This document shows, one piece after another, positions 19,758 to 30,030 of a stretch of DNA of 64,000 nucleotides. Below the pieces are notes generated by a model. The model saw only the letters and a list, made by a program, of their open reading frames with translations, had not been told where the DNA came from and ran no database searches. The stretch covers positions 221,849 through 285,848 of the forward strand of contig MGHG01000009.1 in assembly GCA_001793095.1 (NCBI GenBank). Direction: 5' to 3'. The DNA is from Candidatus Woesebacteria bacterium RIFCSPLOWO2_01_FULL_39_23. GTDB lineage: Bacteria > Patescibacteriota > Microgenomatia > UBA8517. Each line of letters opens with the position of its first letter. Position 1 is the first letter of the stretch. A program made the translations under genes and the position numbers.

Positions 19758-20773
19758 CTGATTAAATCCGAAAATACAGTCTCATATTTATTGGCTATTT
19801 CATGCCAACCGAATTTTTCAGCTTGTTCTCGGGGTTTATTTCCCCAATATCGATTTAACGCGTCATTAATGGCATTAGCATAATGCTTAATATTTATCGG
19901 ATCAACAAAAATTCCAGCGTCGCCTATAATTTCCCTACGGATATCATCGTCGATTGCGACGACGGGGAGACCCGAAGATAAAGCTTCAAGATAGACAATT
20001 CCGAAAGCCTCACTCACGTCGGGGGCTAAGGTGAACAAGTTCGCCAATCGGTATATTTTTGGCATATCCTTGTGCTTAAGGTGAATTAACTTAAATCTTT
20101 CCCTCAAGAGTTTATGCCCAAGCTTTTCTATTTCAACTTTAAGTTCACCCTCGCCCACAACAACCAAACTGACGTCCTTCAATATTGAAACGGCCTGTAT
20201 TACTAAATCAATACGCTTGGTTGCGCTTAGTGCCCCTACGCAAAGCACAATAGGCTCTTTAATATTAACCGGGTATTTACTGCCTTCTTGTGAAAATTTT
20301 AACAAATCAACGCCGTTAGGAATGTATACAATCTTCTTTATGTACGGATTTACTTTTCCTGCCCAACTTTTTGCTTTTGAAGATAAGGCTACAAATACAT
20401 CCGGAAAACTCCAAAGATTAAATCTGTCATCCCATCCGATTCCGGATTGCCCTGATATAACCATTTTCCCTCCATACAACCAAGTAATTAGCCGCAGGAG
20501 AGCCGGTTGCCACCCGCCATTTAATGGAATAACTATTTCATATTTATTTTTCCATATTTTCGGCAGTTGTTTGAGTGTAAAAAGTGCAATTGCAATTCCG
20601 GGAGGATCAAGGAACAATCTCCAAATAATTGGCCAGCGCCTCATCGGCTTTTTCTTTTCAGTAAAAACATCAACATTGTGCCGAAAACTAAGCCTATCGG
20701 ATAGCTCTGAGACAAAGGTCTCGGCTCCCCGTGCAACTTCGCACTGATAAATATTTAAAATCGCTATTTTCAT
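19754..20773 (-). CDS. GT4 glycosyltransferase
   Basis: RGAE, IPNGVD, KRID, EAFGIVYLEALSSGLPVV. Confidence 0.92.
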   Translation of the reverse strand: MKIAILNIYQCEVARGAETFVSELSDRLSFRHNVDVFTEKKKPMRRWPIIWRLFLDPPGIAIALFTLKQLPKIWKNKYEIVIPLNGGWQPALLRLITWLYGGKMVISGQSGIGWDDRFNLWSFPDVFVALSSKAKSWAGKVNPYIKKIVYIPNGVDLLKFSQEGSKYPVNIKEPIVLCVGALSATKRIDLVIQAVSILKDVSLVVVGEGELKVEIEKLGHKLLRERFKLIHLKHKDMPKIYRLANLFTLAPDVSEAFGIVYLEALSSGLPVVAIDDDIRREIIGDAGIFVDPINIKHYANAINDALNRYWGNKPREQAEKFGWHEIANKYETVFSDLIR

Positions 20774-20779
20774 ACCCTG

Positions 20780-22162
20780 TTATTTTGGCACGTATAGAGA
20801 GTAAATGCCCACTTTATCGACCTTTACATAATTTTCAGAAATATAGTTAGAAACTTTCAAAGGCTTATACGACCCCAATCCGCTTATGGCATAGTCACCC
20901 TCTACGATCAACTTCGGCCTATGCTCTTTAAAATCTTCAATCATGTTATCCTGAACCCCCGGGAGATCCATATACCATGGAAGGTAGGGAATGAGTGGTT
21001 TAGTTGCAGGAAGGGTGTCGGATAATGCGTATAAATTATCCCAGGCATTTGCGATATAAATGTCCGAACCGGGATATACTGAGTTATTAATAAAATCAGC
21101 AACTTCCACAATAGCCGGTTCGACAAACCGAGTGGGTTTGCTAAAATTTCGGTAAACAAATCTTCCAGCTAGTATCGAAATTGCTAATATATAAACATAT
21201 AACATAGCGTAATATTTATATGATTTAGTAGTTATTGTGTTTACAGTTACACTTCCTGCCAGTATTGCAAGAAAAGGTATGGCCGGCTGTAAATGAAAAT
21301 ATTCAAATCTCGGAAACGCTCCCAATATACCAGCTAATACCCATGCAAATAAGTTAAATTTATCTCTGTTTGCCTGAATTAAAAACGGAATTACGATTAT
21401 AAACGGAAAGAGAGTCACAACAATCTGGCGAAATGTCGGATAGGAAATCTGACCTGCTGCATTCGGCAGGTAAAATATTCCAAACTTAATCGTCCAATTA
21501 TAAATATCCGGCAATATATGTAGTAAATATATTAGAGATACAATAATTCCAGATATGCAGGTTGCACCGATAGCAAATTTCCTCATACCTTGCAAGGTCT
21601 CACCTTTAAAGGTTGATTCCTGCAAGGTAGATATTGTAATTGGTATCAGAAACCAAAAAGCTGTTTGCTTAGTTAAAAAAGCCAGTGTCCATATAAAACC
21701 TGCCCCCAAATAATGTTTTTTATTAAGCAAATAAAAAATCACAAGCGCTAAAGGCGCTAAGGCAAGATCAAACCATAAACCATTGCCCTCGTAAAGAATT
21801 TGAAGCGGAATATAGAACGTAAGTGCAAAAAGGGCTATTTTATTATTCCAAAGTTTTCTTGTTAGGTAATATAAAAGACAATCGGTGGCGAGTATCAAAA
21901 ACCAAGTATAAATTTTAAGTTGAATGACACCTACTCCAAATACTTTATAAAAAAGAGTCAAATCAACTATAAGTAAAGGTGTATGTGCAACTGCAATATC
22001 CCGATATGGCAACCAACCTTTAAGTATTAAGTACGGCCAGGCTAACATCTCCGGCCAGGCCGTAAATTTAACGCTCATGAGAAGAATCAGGTGAATAAAA
22101 ATCAGAATACAGAGAATGACGAATTTGTGTGTCAGCTCTTTTTTAATAACCCGTTCCACCAT
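20780..22162 (-). CDS. GT-C fold-like membrane glycosyltransferase carrying an in-frame family-A repeat
   Basis: WPE...G.LPYRD...HTPL, AFLTKQ, polytopic. Confidence 0.72.
   Translation of the reverse strand: MVERVIKKELTHKFVILCILIFIHLILLMSVKFTAWPEMLAWPYLILKGWLPYRDIAVAHTPLLIVDLTLFYKVFGVGVIQLKIYTWFLILATDCLLYYLTRKLWNNKIALFALTFYIPLQILYEGNGLWFDLALAPLALVIFYLLNKKHYLGAGFIWTLAFLTKQTAFWFLIPITISTLQESTFKGETLQGMRKFAIGATCISGIIVSLIYLLHILPDIYNWTIKFGIFYLPNAAGQISYPTFRQIVVTLFPFIIVIPFLIQANRDKFNLFAWVLAGILGAFPRFEYFHLQPAIPFLAILAGSVTVNTITTKSYKYYAMLYVYILAISILAGRFVYRNFSKPTRFVEPAIVEVADFINNSVYPGSDIYIANAWDNLYALSDTLPATKPLIPYLPWYMDLPGVQDNMIEDFKEHRPKLIVEGDYAISGLGSYKPLKVSNYISENYVKVDKVGIYSLYVPK
21587..21628. repeat. Family-A REP-like array (three 12-bp palindromes, 15-bp period) in frame in GT-C gene
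   Basis: ACCTTGCAAGGT-CTC-ACCTTTAAAGGT-TGA-TTCCTGCAAGGT; first 27 nt match 44942-44968 at 26/27; encodes TLQESTFKGETLQG. Confidence 0.92.
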
Positions 22163-22985
22163 ATATCATCCTCCTTTTCACTTTTCTAAGCGGAGTATCA
22201 ATAAATGCTCTTACTTTATAAGGAATATCCATTTCAATCCAAGGACTACGAATATTATTCGGTCTCTTTAAGAAAAACGCTTCCGGATAATAAAAATCCA
22301 GAGGAAAATTATTACTCAGCTCGTATTTATATTTCATTGGTCTTTTCGGTACCTTTTCATCTGATTTTCCTCCGGATCGTTTCAGATGAGTGAAGTGTAA
22401 AAAAGATTTTCTGTCTAAAAACAATCTTCTTTTTGGATGCATGTCTTGTACTAGAATGTTTTGCTTATCGAAATAGCCGTGTTGACCGTGTGGTTTTGAA
22501 GTATATAAACCCGGAATATGTCTATTGATGGCTTTGACACTAAGATGTCCTCGTATTTCATCTATCTCATATTTTCCGAAAGCATCATCCTGATAATGGT
22601 AGATATCACCAATCAGATTATAATTTCTGGTAAATACCGAGTCTAAAGTTTTATATCTTACTCGTATTATTTCAGTTAATTCTTTTATGGAATCTCTCCA
22701 CCAGACCTCATCTCCGTCAAGAATAATAAACCAGTCAGCTGAGGTAATATTCAACATTTCTTGTCTCAATTTGGTATACCCGTCAATATCAACATTTCCA
22801 CATTCCTTAAAATCGATTTTACTGCCGTACTCTCCTTTAAGAGATTGAATGATTTCAACGGTTTTGTCGCTGCTTCCTGTGTCCCAAACCAATATCTTAT
22901 CAACAAAATCTATGATACTTTTTATCGCATACCAGATGTAATTTTCCTCATTCTTAACTAGTGTATGCGCCCAAATTTCCGTCAT
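22143..22985 (-). CDS. GT2 glycosyltransferase
   Basis: LVKNEE, WDTGSSDKT, LRQEM, ILDGDEVW. Confidence 0.9.
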   Translation of the reverse strand: MTEIWAHTLVKNEENYIWYAIKSIIDFVDKILVWDTGSSDKTVEIIQSLKGEYGSKIDFKECGNVDIDGYTKLRQEMLNITSADWFIILDGDEVWWRDSIKELTEIIRVRYKTLDSVFTRNYNLIGDIYHYQDDAFGKYEIDEIRGHLSVKAINRHIPGLYTSKPHGQHGYFDKQNILVQDMHPKRRLFLDRKSFLHFTHLKRSGGKSDEKVPKRPMKYKYELSNNFPLDFYYPEAFFLKRPNNIRSPWIEMDIPYKVRAFIDTPLRKVKRRMIYGGTGY

Positions 22986-22990
22986 ATAAT

Positions 22991-23707
22991 TTATTTTCTT
23001 TTAAATAAAAGTTTGACATTCTCTTTTAGTAAATAATACGGAGAATCAATAAAATATAGCACCCTGCCTTTTACAATTTCTTTCGTATGCGCTTTATAGA
23101 AATCTCTATACAAATCAATTAGTTTATGAAAATTTACATCTTTCATTTCTTTATAAATAATTTTTCCTTCCCAATAATATTCAAGTTCTGGCTCACCCTT
23201 CCATCCAACCGCTTGGAATTCCGACGTATAGAGAAGCGGAAAGTTTTTAGGAATTACTACCATAGTATTGTTATCGTTAAGAAAAAGCCATTTATGATGA
23301 GCATTACCAGGAACTCGTCTTGCACCAGACAACCAATCGGTGAAATTTATATGAGAAAATACTATATCGCAACCGAACGACGGCGTTGAAATGTAACCTC
23401 TTTTTGAAATCCTTGACATTTCTTCAAGAAGTATAAAAGGGTGGTTTAAATCTTCTAAAGTATGGGTGCACAAGCAAAAATCAAACTCTTTGTTTTTAAA
23501 AGGCAGATTGTCTCTCGTAACATCACACTTAACAAAGTTCTTTGCTGTCAATCTGGTGGGAGAATAGGGAGCTTCTTCAGGCTTTATTAAATCGACAAGT
23601 GTATCAATATTGATTTTTGTATGCTGCTTCATACTTCCCCCAATATCGACAACCACATCGCTTTTCTTAATCTTATATTTATTAATCAAATCGGTGTCAC
23701 TTAACAT
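22991..23707 (-). CDS. Class I SAM-dependent methyltransferase
   Basis: VVDIGG, LPFKNKEFDFC.C.HTLED, SKRGYISTPS; start moved to the ATG at 23707 to avoid a long overlap with wzx. Confidence 0.8.
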   Translation of the reverse strand: MLSDTDLINKYKIKKSDVVVDIGGSMKQHTKINIDTLVDLIKPEEAPYSPTRLTAKNFVKCDVTRDNLPFKNKEFDFCLCTHTLEDLNHPFILLEEMSRISKRGYISTPSFGCDIVFSHINFTDWLSGARRVPGNAHHKWLFLNDNNTMVVIPKNFPLLYTSEFQAVGWKGEPELEYYWEGKIIYKEMKDVNFHKLIDLYRDFYKAHTKEIVKGRVLYFIDSPYYLLKENVKLLFKRK

Positions 23708-24992
23708 GCTGTTTATCGAATGGCCAATAGTATTTAATGACAATAAACCATACATAAACTGCAAGTATCGTGTTAACAATAGCAAAGGTTATAGCCGGAC
23801 CAAAGGATCCATATTTTGGAATAAAATACAGATTCATGAAAAAAGTTGCTATCAACTGAAATAACGCAAAAGATCCGACAAGTATCGGTTTTTTCATCGC
23901 ATATATTATTGCCGTAACTGCCGGAACAGTAAGTAAAAATGGAATCATTGCCGCTGCAAGAGCCTTAAAGATTGGTATCGATTCGATATATTTTTCACCG
24001 AAGAGAAGTATAATAAAGGATCTTGCTATTAAAACCCATAGGAGGATTCCTACCACCATCGGAATTAACGCCAAACAGGCTTTCTTAATATAGGTTTTTA
24101 CATTAGCCGGATCTCCAAAAGACGCAAAACGCGGAGCTAAAACCGATGAGTAACTCGACGCCAAAAGAACTATAAAGAAGGCCAATCTTGACGAAATGGA
24201 ATAAATACCCGTCGCCGTTGCGCCAAGGAGAGCTGCCAGCATGGTTATATCTAATCTTCCAGAAACAGCCGAAATAACACTACTAACACCAAGCCAGCCG
24301 GAAAATCTTATCAAAGACAAATAGATGAATTTTTGAGGTCTCGCTCTTGCAAATTTAACTCCGATAAAATAAAAACCGACGAGCGATGAAAATAATGCAC
24401 CAAGCGCATATGCTAATAGCGTGTGGCGTATACTCGCTAACCCTAAAGCAACAATCAAACCGACAAATAAAAGTCTTCCAATACCCACCGACACATCTAC
24501 AATTGACGACTTTAAAAACTCTCTTTTTGACCTAAGTACAAAAGGAATAAAAGTACAAGGAAGAAAAAGAAATATAATAATAACCGACCAATATGCAACT
24601 TCTCTATCGGAAGTGGCAATAAACTTATTTGTAATGAATTTAGAAAATATAATCAGAAAAAAAGAAATAACAACTACCGAAATTAACCTCAATAAGAAAG
24701 CAGCTTTTATATATTCATTTGCCCTTGTTGTGTTACCTTCACTAAAATTTTTTGAAGCAAAATTAATTACCCCAGATGAAATTCCCAAATCAGTAACCGA
24801 AATAATCATCAGCACTAGATTGTTTGCAGCAGAAAAAATACCGAAGTCCCCTACCGATAAAGCTCTGGCAACAAGTATCGTAAATAAAAAAGCTAAAAAC
24901 GCAGATGTGACATTACCGATAAAAAGCGTATAGGTGTCGCGTGCAGTTGCAGACAGAGCCAGGGTGCGCGCCCGATTGTAATATCTTTTCAC
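23697..24992 (-). CDS. wzx: Wzx/MOP-family polysaccharide flippase
   Basis: About 12 TM; ARALSVGDFGIF, DLG, RLDITML, GIYS, LFGEKY, IPKYG..G.A. Confidence 0.9.
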   Translation of the reverse strand: MKRYYNRARTLALSATARDTYTLFIGNVTSAFLAFLFTILVARALSVGDFGIFSAANNLVLMIISVTDLGISSGVINFASKNFSEGNTTRANEYIKAAFLLRLISVVVISFFLIIFSKFITNKFIATSDREVAYWSVIIIFLFLPCTFIPFVLRSKREFLKSSIVDVSVGIGRLLFVGLIVALGLASIRHTLLAYALGALFSSLVGFYFIGVKFARARPQKFIYLSLIRFSGWLGVSSVISAVSGRLDITMLAALLGATATGIYSISSRLAFFIVLLASSYSSVLAPRFASFGDPANVKTYIKKACLALIPMVVGILLWVLIARSFIILLFGEKYIESIPIFKALAAAMIPFLLTVPAVTAIIYAMKKPILVGSFALFQLIATFFMNLYFIPKYGSFGPAITFAIVNTILAVYVWFIVIKYYWPFDKQHVK

Positions 24993-24998
24993 TATTAA

Positions 24999-25004
24999 AT
25001 TCTA
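24999..25004 (-). promoter_or_regulatory. Putative -10 box 6 nt before GTG of wzx
   Basis: TAGAAT-ttaata-GTG(24992). Confidence 0.55.
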
Positions 25005-25039
25005 ACCTAGGTGAAGCAAAAAAGAAATCATTCTGACTA

Positions 25040-26620
25040 TCACTTTTTTACCAGAAGAACTGCTCGCGCATCCTCATTTTCATAATTATCATCCGCATCA
25101 ATACCATACAACCCTTTTAATACGTAGTTATCCCGAATAAACTTATCTTCAGGCTGGTCGGGATTTAGAAAAATTTGCCGCCATTCGCTGCCCATATAAT
25201 AGTTCTCATCGTCCATGAGATAACTCGTTAAGTAAATCGCATCGAACAGATTACTACTATCTCCTATATCCAACATCGACGGAGTTAGGGGAAACCATAC
25301 GGTTTTTCTTTCGCCATACCAAGTTCCCCAAGTATCTAGGTTCGTTACAATAACCTGATCAGGTTCCGTAATATCTTTCAATTTCCATGAAAGGAGAACG
25401 TAAACTGGGGGTTTACCCACATTATGTGTTTTTCTCTCGAATCGTGAGTCGAGAAAAATAACACCCAACGTCTGCCCCACTGCAAATAATAGAATTATGA
25501 ATGATGTAGTAAGAATTACGAATTTACTTTTTGAAATTCGTAAATTAAGAACTGGAAATTGGAAATTGGAAACTAATTGCACAAGGGTAACAACAGCCAC
25601 TATATAAATAAGTGGAACAATTGGATGAATGTATCTGAAAAAAGGAACTGTTATAGACGCTACCAAAAATGTAATAGTGACCATAAAGAAAACACTTATC
25701 TTAAAAACATTCTCTGTTTTACTTTTACTCCACTTAAACATCCCTATAATAAATAACGCCCACAGGTAAGGAGACGCTATTTGTGGCAACAATCTGTAAA
25801 AATTATAAACATTGTATAGGAACTTTTTGATTATCAGTACCACTCCAACTTGTTGACTAAGTCCCCTTAACGCATCAGAAGCAGACTGGGAAGGAAGTTG
25901 CTGAGTAATGGCGAAAAATCCCTGTTTTGAATTAAGCAAAAACAAGACCGAACCAACTATAAATACTAATAGAAAACTAATAACAGCCTTTTTAAGCGGC
26001 TTATTAAGAAGTAAAAATAAAAGTAAAAACCCGAAGATGTATATAATAGCTTGCGGTCGGGTAAAATACATCGCAACAATAACTATTAGTGCAAAAATAT
26101 TTGCCCGCTTGTTCTTCACTACTAAAAGGAGTGATGCAAGAACTATCTCAAAAATAAATAACGACTCCGATGCACCACTAACAGCATAATCAAGAATATT
26201 GTTATTAAAGACAATTGCTGTTGCGGAAAGTACACCTACAAGGTTTCCCCATAATTTAGATCCCAACAAGTAAGTCACCCCTATTAAAGAAAGAAAAAAC
26301 ACTACAGAAGGAATAATAACGCTAATATCAGATACCCCAAATAGCTTAAAACTAGAAGCGATAGAGAATGGCATTAAAGGCGGAACATAACGGGAGATAG
26401 ACGGAAAACCGCTAACTTTTAAGGAGGAATTATTAAAGAAAGTAAAATTTGAAGTATATCCCTCACCCGTGACAACGCTTCTTGCAATGTCAGCAAACTT
26501 AGCTGCGTCAGAAAAACCTAAAAAAAACATATTTTTATTCAGTAAATAAAAATATAGATTCAAAGCACCAAGGGCTAGGCAAATAAGAAGTAATGTCGTT
26601 TTCTTTCTTTTATTTACCAT
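25040..26620 (-). CDS. GT-C fold (PMT_2-like) glycosyltransferase
   Basis: SDAAKFADIAR, PPLMP, SESLF, TRP, FRY; start placed at MVNK (26620). Confidence 0.82.
   Translation of the reverse strand: MVNKRKKTTLLLICLALGALNLYFYLLNKNMFFLGFSDAAKFADIARSVVTGEGYTSNFTFFNNSSLKVSGFPSISRYVPPLMPFSIASSFKLFGVSDISVIIPSVVFFLSLIGVTYLLGSKLWGNLVGVLSATAIVFNNNILDYAVSGASESLFIFEIVLASLLLVVKNKRANIFALIVIVAMYFTRPQAIIYIFGFLLLFLLLNKPLKKAVISFLLVFIVGSVLFLLNSKQGFFAITQQLPSQSASDALRGLSQQVGVVLIIKKFLYNVYNFYRLLPQIASPYLWALFIIGMFKWSKSKTENVFKISVFFMVTITFLVASITVPFFRYIHPIVPLIYIVAVVTLVQLVSNFQFPVLNLRISKSKFVILTTSFIILLFAVGQTLGVIFLDSRFERKTHNVGKPPVYVLLSWKLKDITEPDQVIVTNLDTWGTWYGERKTVWFPLTPSMLDIGDSSNLFDAIYLTSYLMDDENYYMGSEWRQIFLNPDQPEDKFIRDNYVLKGLYGIDADDNYENEDARAVLLVKK
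25539..25573. repeat. 7-bp-period tandem tract in frame
   Basis: cgtaaat taagaac tggaaat tggaaat tggaaac; encodes VSNFQFPVLNL. Confidence 0.75.
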
Positions 26621-27413
26621 AATTCTTTCTAAAGAATCTGAGATCAGCACCCATAATAATTTCATTGACTAGTGAGTATGATCCAAATTCCTTGATCAAT
26701 AAATTCAGCAGTGAAGCAGCTTCCTTAAAAAGAAATGTAACTTCGAAAAAAGCCTCACTCGTGACTTTTATGGTTTTTTCGGCACCTTTAAGTAGCCTTA
26801 GTTCAGTTCCCTGAATATCAACTTTTAATACATCTATTTTTTTAATGTTCCTATCTTTACAAAAATCATCCAGACTTACCGATGCTACATAAACCTCCTT
26901 CAGCTGCTGCGGCAAATTAAATTCGATAGATTCCTTATCAATTGAATTCGTTTGCTGGCTATGAGGGTTTATATAAAATTTTACTTTCCCACGTTTCTCC
27001 AAAACCGCTTTTTCTACAACTTCAAAATTATGAAAACCCCTAAGATTTTTATAAATAATTTCTATTAAGTCAGGTGTAGGTTCGAATAGGTATAAATTAG
27101 CTTCGGGGAATCTTTTTCCAACAAAAAATGAATATAATCCACAATTCGCGCCGACAACAATAATTGTTTTAGGATTAGTATTCTCAATACTTTGTGCGAG
27201 CTTTTCAAGTTTATTAACTGAATGGCCAATGTGATAGAGGGTAGATCTATCGTTATTTATATAAAGCCGGTTCCCTTTGTACTTAAACGGAATAATCCTT
27301 TTTCCAAATAGAGTTGATAATACAACTCTGCAGCTCTCGATTAAACCTATTGCCTGCAACAATCTGCATAGAGTATTTACAACACCCATCATTTTCTCGC
27401 AAAAATTGTTCAT
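26610..27413 (-). CDS. FkbM-family methyltransferase
   Basis: VGANCG, FEP, SLDDF, LKVDIQGTE. Confidence 0.9.
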   Translation of the reverse strand: MNNFCEKMMGVVNTLCRLLQAIGLIESCRVVLSTLFGKRIIPFKYKGNRLYINNDRSTLYHIGHSVNKLEKLAQSIENTNPKTIIVVGANCGLYSFFVGKRFPEANLYLFEPTPDLIEIIYKNLRGFHNFEVVEKAVLEKRGKVKFYINPHSQQTNSIDKESIEFNLPQQLKEVYVASVSLDDFCKDRNIKKIDVLKVDIQGTELRLLKGAEKTIKVTSEAFFEVTFLFKEAASLLNLLIKEFGSYSLVNEIIMGADLRFFRKNYGK

Positions 27414-27551
27414 TTATTACTGCGTCATATGAAGTATAACTCGTCTATAATTCCAATGTATACTTTCAATACACAATTGTTTACTCTTAGAAAATTGCAC
27501 ATACATGTTTCTATATATTAAAAATTAATATTATTTTAAAATATAATATTC

Positions 27552-28472
27552 ATGAAAGACAAACTAGAATTACTGGACCCTAAACTTTTAAGCACCTCGG
27601 AATTTAAAGAGTTTAGATACTGGAAAAAAGTAGTTGCCGCTGAAGTTGGGTGGCATTATCCTCTAGACATTACCTGGATCCTATATAATTTAAAAAGGCA
27701 TAAATTACCGAAAGGTTCAGTAATCCTTGACGCCGGTGGCGGATACGGGCTCATGCAATTCATCTTGGCCGGAGAAGGTTATAAAATAATTAGCGTCGAT
27801 CTTACCTCAAGAAAAAAATTACTTCCATTAAAAATGCTTTTCAAGATAAATATTTTCGAAAATAAAATGACCAAATATAAATATATGAGTCATATTAACA
27901 GTGTTTTCAAAAATAGAAATCTCCTACAAAAGGCACTCATTTTATCAAAAAGGCTAAAGTACTTTAGCCCACTATTGTTCATACACGAGGTAATTAATAG
28001 AAAGCAGCACGGAGAAATTAATTTTTATCAAGGTGACTTTAGCAACTTGTCTCTCTTAAAAAACAATTCTGTAGACGCTATTGTATCATGCTCGTCCATA
28101 GAGCACTGTACAACTTACAAGACAATACAAAAATCGTTCGCTGAATTTACACGCATTATTAAACCAAATTCGCCTATTATCATCACAACCAGTGCTACTA
28201 ATAAAAAAACTTGGTTTCATAAACCATCCCAGGGCTGGTGCTTTAGCAAAGAAGATTTAATAAAGTTATTCAAACTTAAAAAGCCAATCTCTAACTATAA
28301 ATATTATAAATTAATCTTCACTAGAATTTTTCATTCGGAGCAGCTTAAAAATAACTTACCTTCTTATTACTTCACGACGGGAAACTCGGGTATGCCGTGG
28401 GGTAAATGGAATCCGAAATACCTTCCGGTCGGAGTGCTTACAACTTATCGAAATTCACATAAAACTTCCTGA
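27552..28472 (+). CDS. Class I SAM-dependent methyltransferase (opposite strand)
   Basis: ILDAGGGYG, VDL, SVDAIVSCSSIEH, RIIKP. Confidence 0.85.
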   Translation: MKDKLELLDPKLLSTSEFKEFRYWKKVVAAEVGWHYPLDITWILYNLKRHKLPKGSVILDAGGGYGLMQFILAGEGYKIISVDLTSRKKLLPLKMLFKINIFENKMTKYKYMSHINSVFKNRNLLQKALILSKRLKYFSPLLFIHEVINRKQHGEINFYQGDFSNLSLLKNNSVDAIVSCSSIEHCTTYKTIQKSFAEFTRIIKPNSPIIITTSATNKKTWFHKPSQGWCFSKEDLIKLFKLKKPISNYKYYKLIFTRIFHSEQLKNNLPSYYFTTGNSGMPWGKWNPKYLPVGVLTTYRNSHKTS

Positions 28473-29200
28473 TTCCTCACTATTTTTTTCTTCAACTCAT
28501 AATTCATCTTTTTTAAATACTTTACTAAATCAACTTCACTACTGTTAAATTCTTTCAAATAATTTTTGTGTATTTCAATAAACATCATTCTGGGTTTATG
28601 TTTACTTTTAAGTACGTTTTTCATACCCTTTAGCACGTTCATTTCTGCACCTTCAACGTCAATCTTAACCACAGTCGGATAGGGTAATTTTTCTTTTTCT
28701 ACCAAATCATCCATTGGCACTACCAATACATAAGTCGATTTATTAAAGTTTCTAACATTTATCATACTGGCAGACATGTTATTGTCAGTTACATAAAATA
28801 GTTTCTTTCTAGTCCTTCTTTCGCCGAGTGCATATTTAAATGTTTTAATATTTTTTATTTTATTAATTTTTATATTATCTAAAAATTTCTTATAAACTAT
28901 TGCATCCGGCTCAAACGCAATCACACCTCCCCTTAAAAGTCTGGATGAGGCTAAAATTGATGTAAAACCGACGGAGGCTCCAACAATATACAAATTGTCG
29001 TGGGGTTTTAATTTAGATAAGATATATCTAACATAACCCTCTTCTCCTCCCCACTTTTTGATCCTAAATTCGTCGACCCGATTAGTAATAAAGAAATCAA
29101 TTTTAGCTTTATCAAAGTTTAATGAATATATATAAGGATATTTCCAAAAAAATAATAATCTATATATTTTCGATAGAAACTTTAATAAATTCGATTTCAT
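28445..29200 (-). CDS. FkbM-family methyltransferase
   Basis: VGASVG, AFEP, ALG, VKIDVEGAEMNVLKG, IEIH. Confidence 0.92.
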   Translation of the reverse strand: MKSNLLKFLSKIYRLLFFWKYPYIYSLNFDKAKIDFFITNRVDEFRIKKWGGEEGYVRYILSKLKPHDNLYIVGASVGFTSILASSRLLRGGVIAFEPDAIVYKKFLDNIKINKIKNIKTFKYALGERRTRKKLFYVTDNNMSASMINVRNFNKSTYVLVVPMDDLVEKEKLPYPTVVKIDVEGAEMNVLKGMKNVLKSKHKPRMMFIEIHKNYLKEFNSSEVDLVKYLKKMNYELKKKIVRNQEVLCEFR

Positions 29201-29201
29201 A

Positions 29202-30029
29202 TTAATTCCCGGAAAATAAGGATTTATAATTCACCTTTTTAAATACTTTTAATTTCCCTCCGATTGTGGCATCTAAAATTTCTCTTCCCTTTTTTTCAAA
29301 AGCTTTTTTGGCTAATCTATAAGCATATTCTGATGTTTTTAAATCAGGTAAATGCCATTTATAACCTTGACCGAAATAATTGCTTTGAAAATGGTCTTTA
29401 TCCTTACCTTCGGTCACAATTTCACTGTGCGGTTTTCCTTTAGTTTTAAAACCATGATCAACGCCGATGAGATAGACCTTTTGAAAACCCAGATAAAAGG
29501 CAAGTTGCATAGCAACATATGTAACTGTGGCCCCTTCCCACACTCCTTGCGTTGGATCATGGGAAAATATCTCACGCACGAGTGTTCTAATATAAACGAT
29601 ATTTTTGTTGTTTCTAAAATACTTTCTTCCTTTCCAACTTATAAACTTCGTCGTATTAACATCCTGTAATTCCCTATTACTTTGATTTAGTACTAAATTA
29701 TTTATTGACACCAAAAAAGTTGTCGTAAATCCCAATTCATCAAACATTAAATAAACTCTATTCAAGCCGAAGGTGTATTCTTTTTTTAGAAGTTTCAAGT
29801 TGGTTTTCTTTAAACTTGGTCCGTTTCCTAATATAAAACATCGTTTATCGAGGTATTTGTCTTTGTATTTTCCCAACTTCTCCCTGCTCATAATCCCCCT
29901 TTTATCAAATCTCCATGCAGGGTAATTAATTGTGTCGTAAAAAAAAGAAATCACATCAAAAATAGGTTGTCCTCTATAGCGTTGAATATACCAACTTTTA
30001 AAGTTCTGAATTACTTCAGTTATTTTCAT
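29202..30029 (-). CDS. DUF115/MAF-like (MptE-like, GT29-type fold) putative glycosyltransferase
   Basis: CFILGNGPSL, FGLN, TVTYVAMQLAFYLGF..VYLIGVDH, DAT.GG.L..F; start placed at MKITE. Confidence 0.8.
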   Translation of the reverse strand: MKITEVIQNFKSWYIQRYRGQPIFDVISFFYDTINYPAWRFDKRGIMSREKLGKYKDKYLDKRCFILGNGPSLKKTNLKLLKKEYTFGLNRVYLMFDELGFTTTFLVSINNLVLNQSNRELQDVNTTKFISWKGRKYFRNNKNIVYIRTLVREIFSHDPTQGVWEGATVTYVAMQLAFYLGFQKVYLIGVDHGFKTKGKPHSEIVTEGKDKDHFQSNYFGQGYKWHLPDLKTSEYAYRLAKKAFEKKGREILDATIGGKLKVFKKVNYKSLFSGN

Positions 30030-30030
30030 A

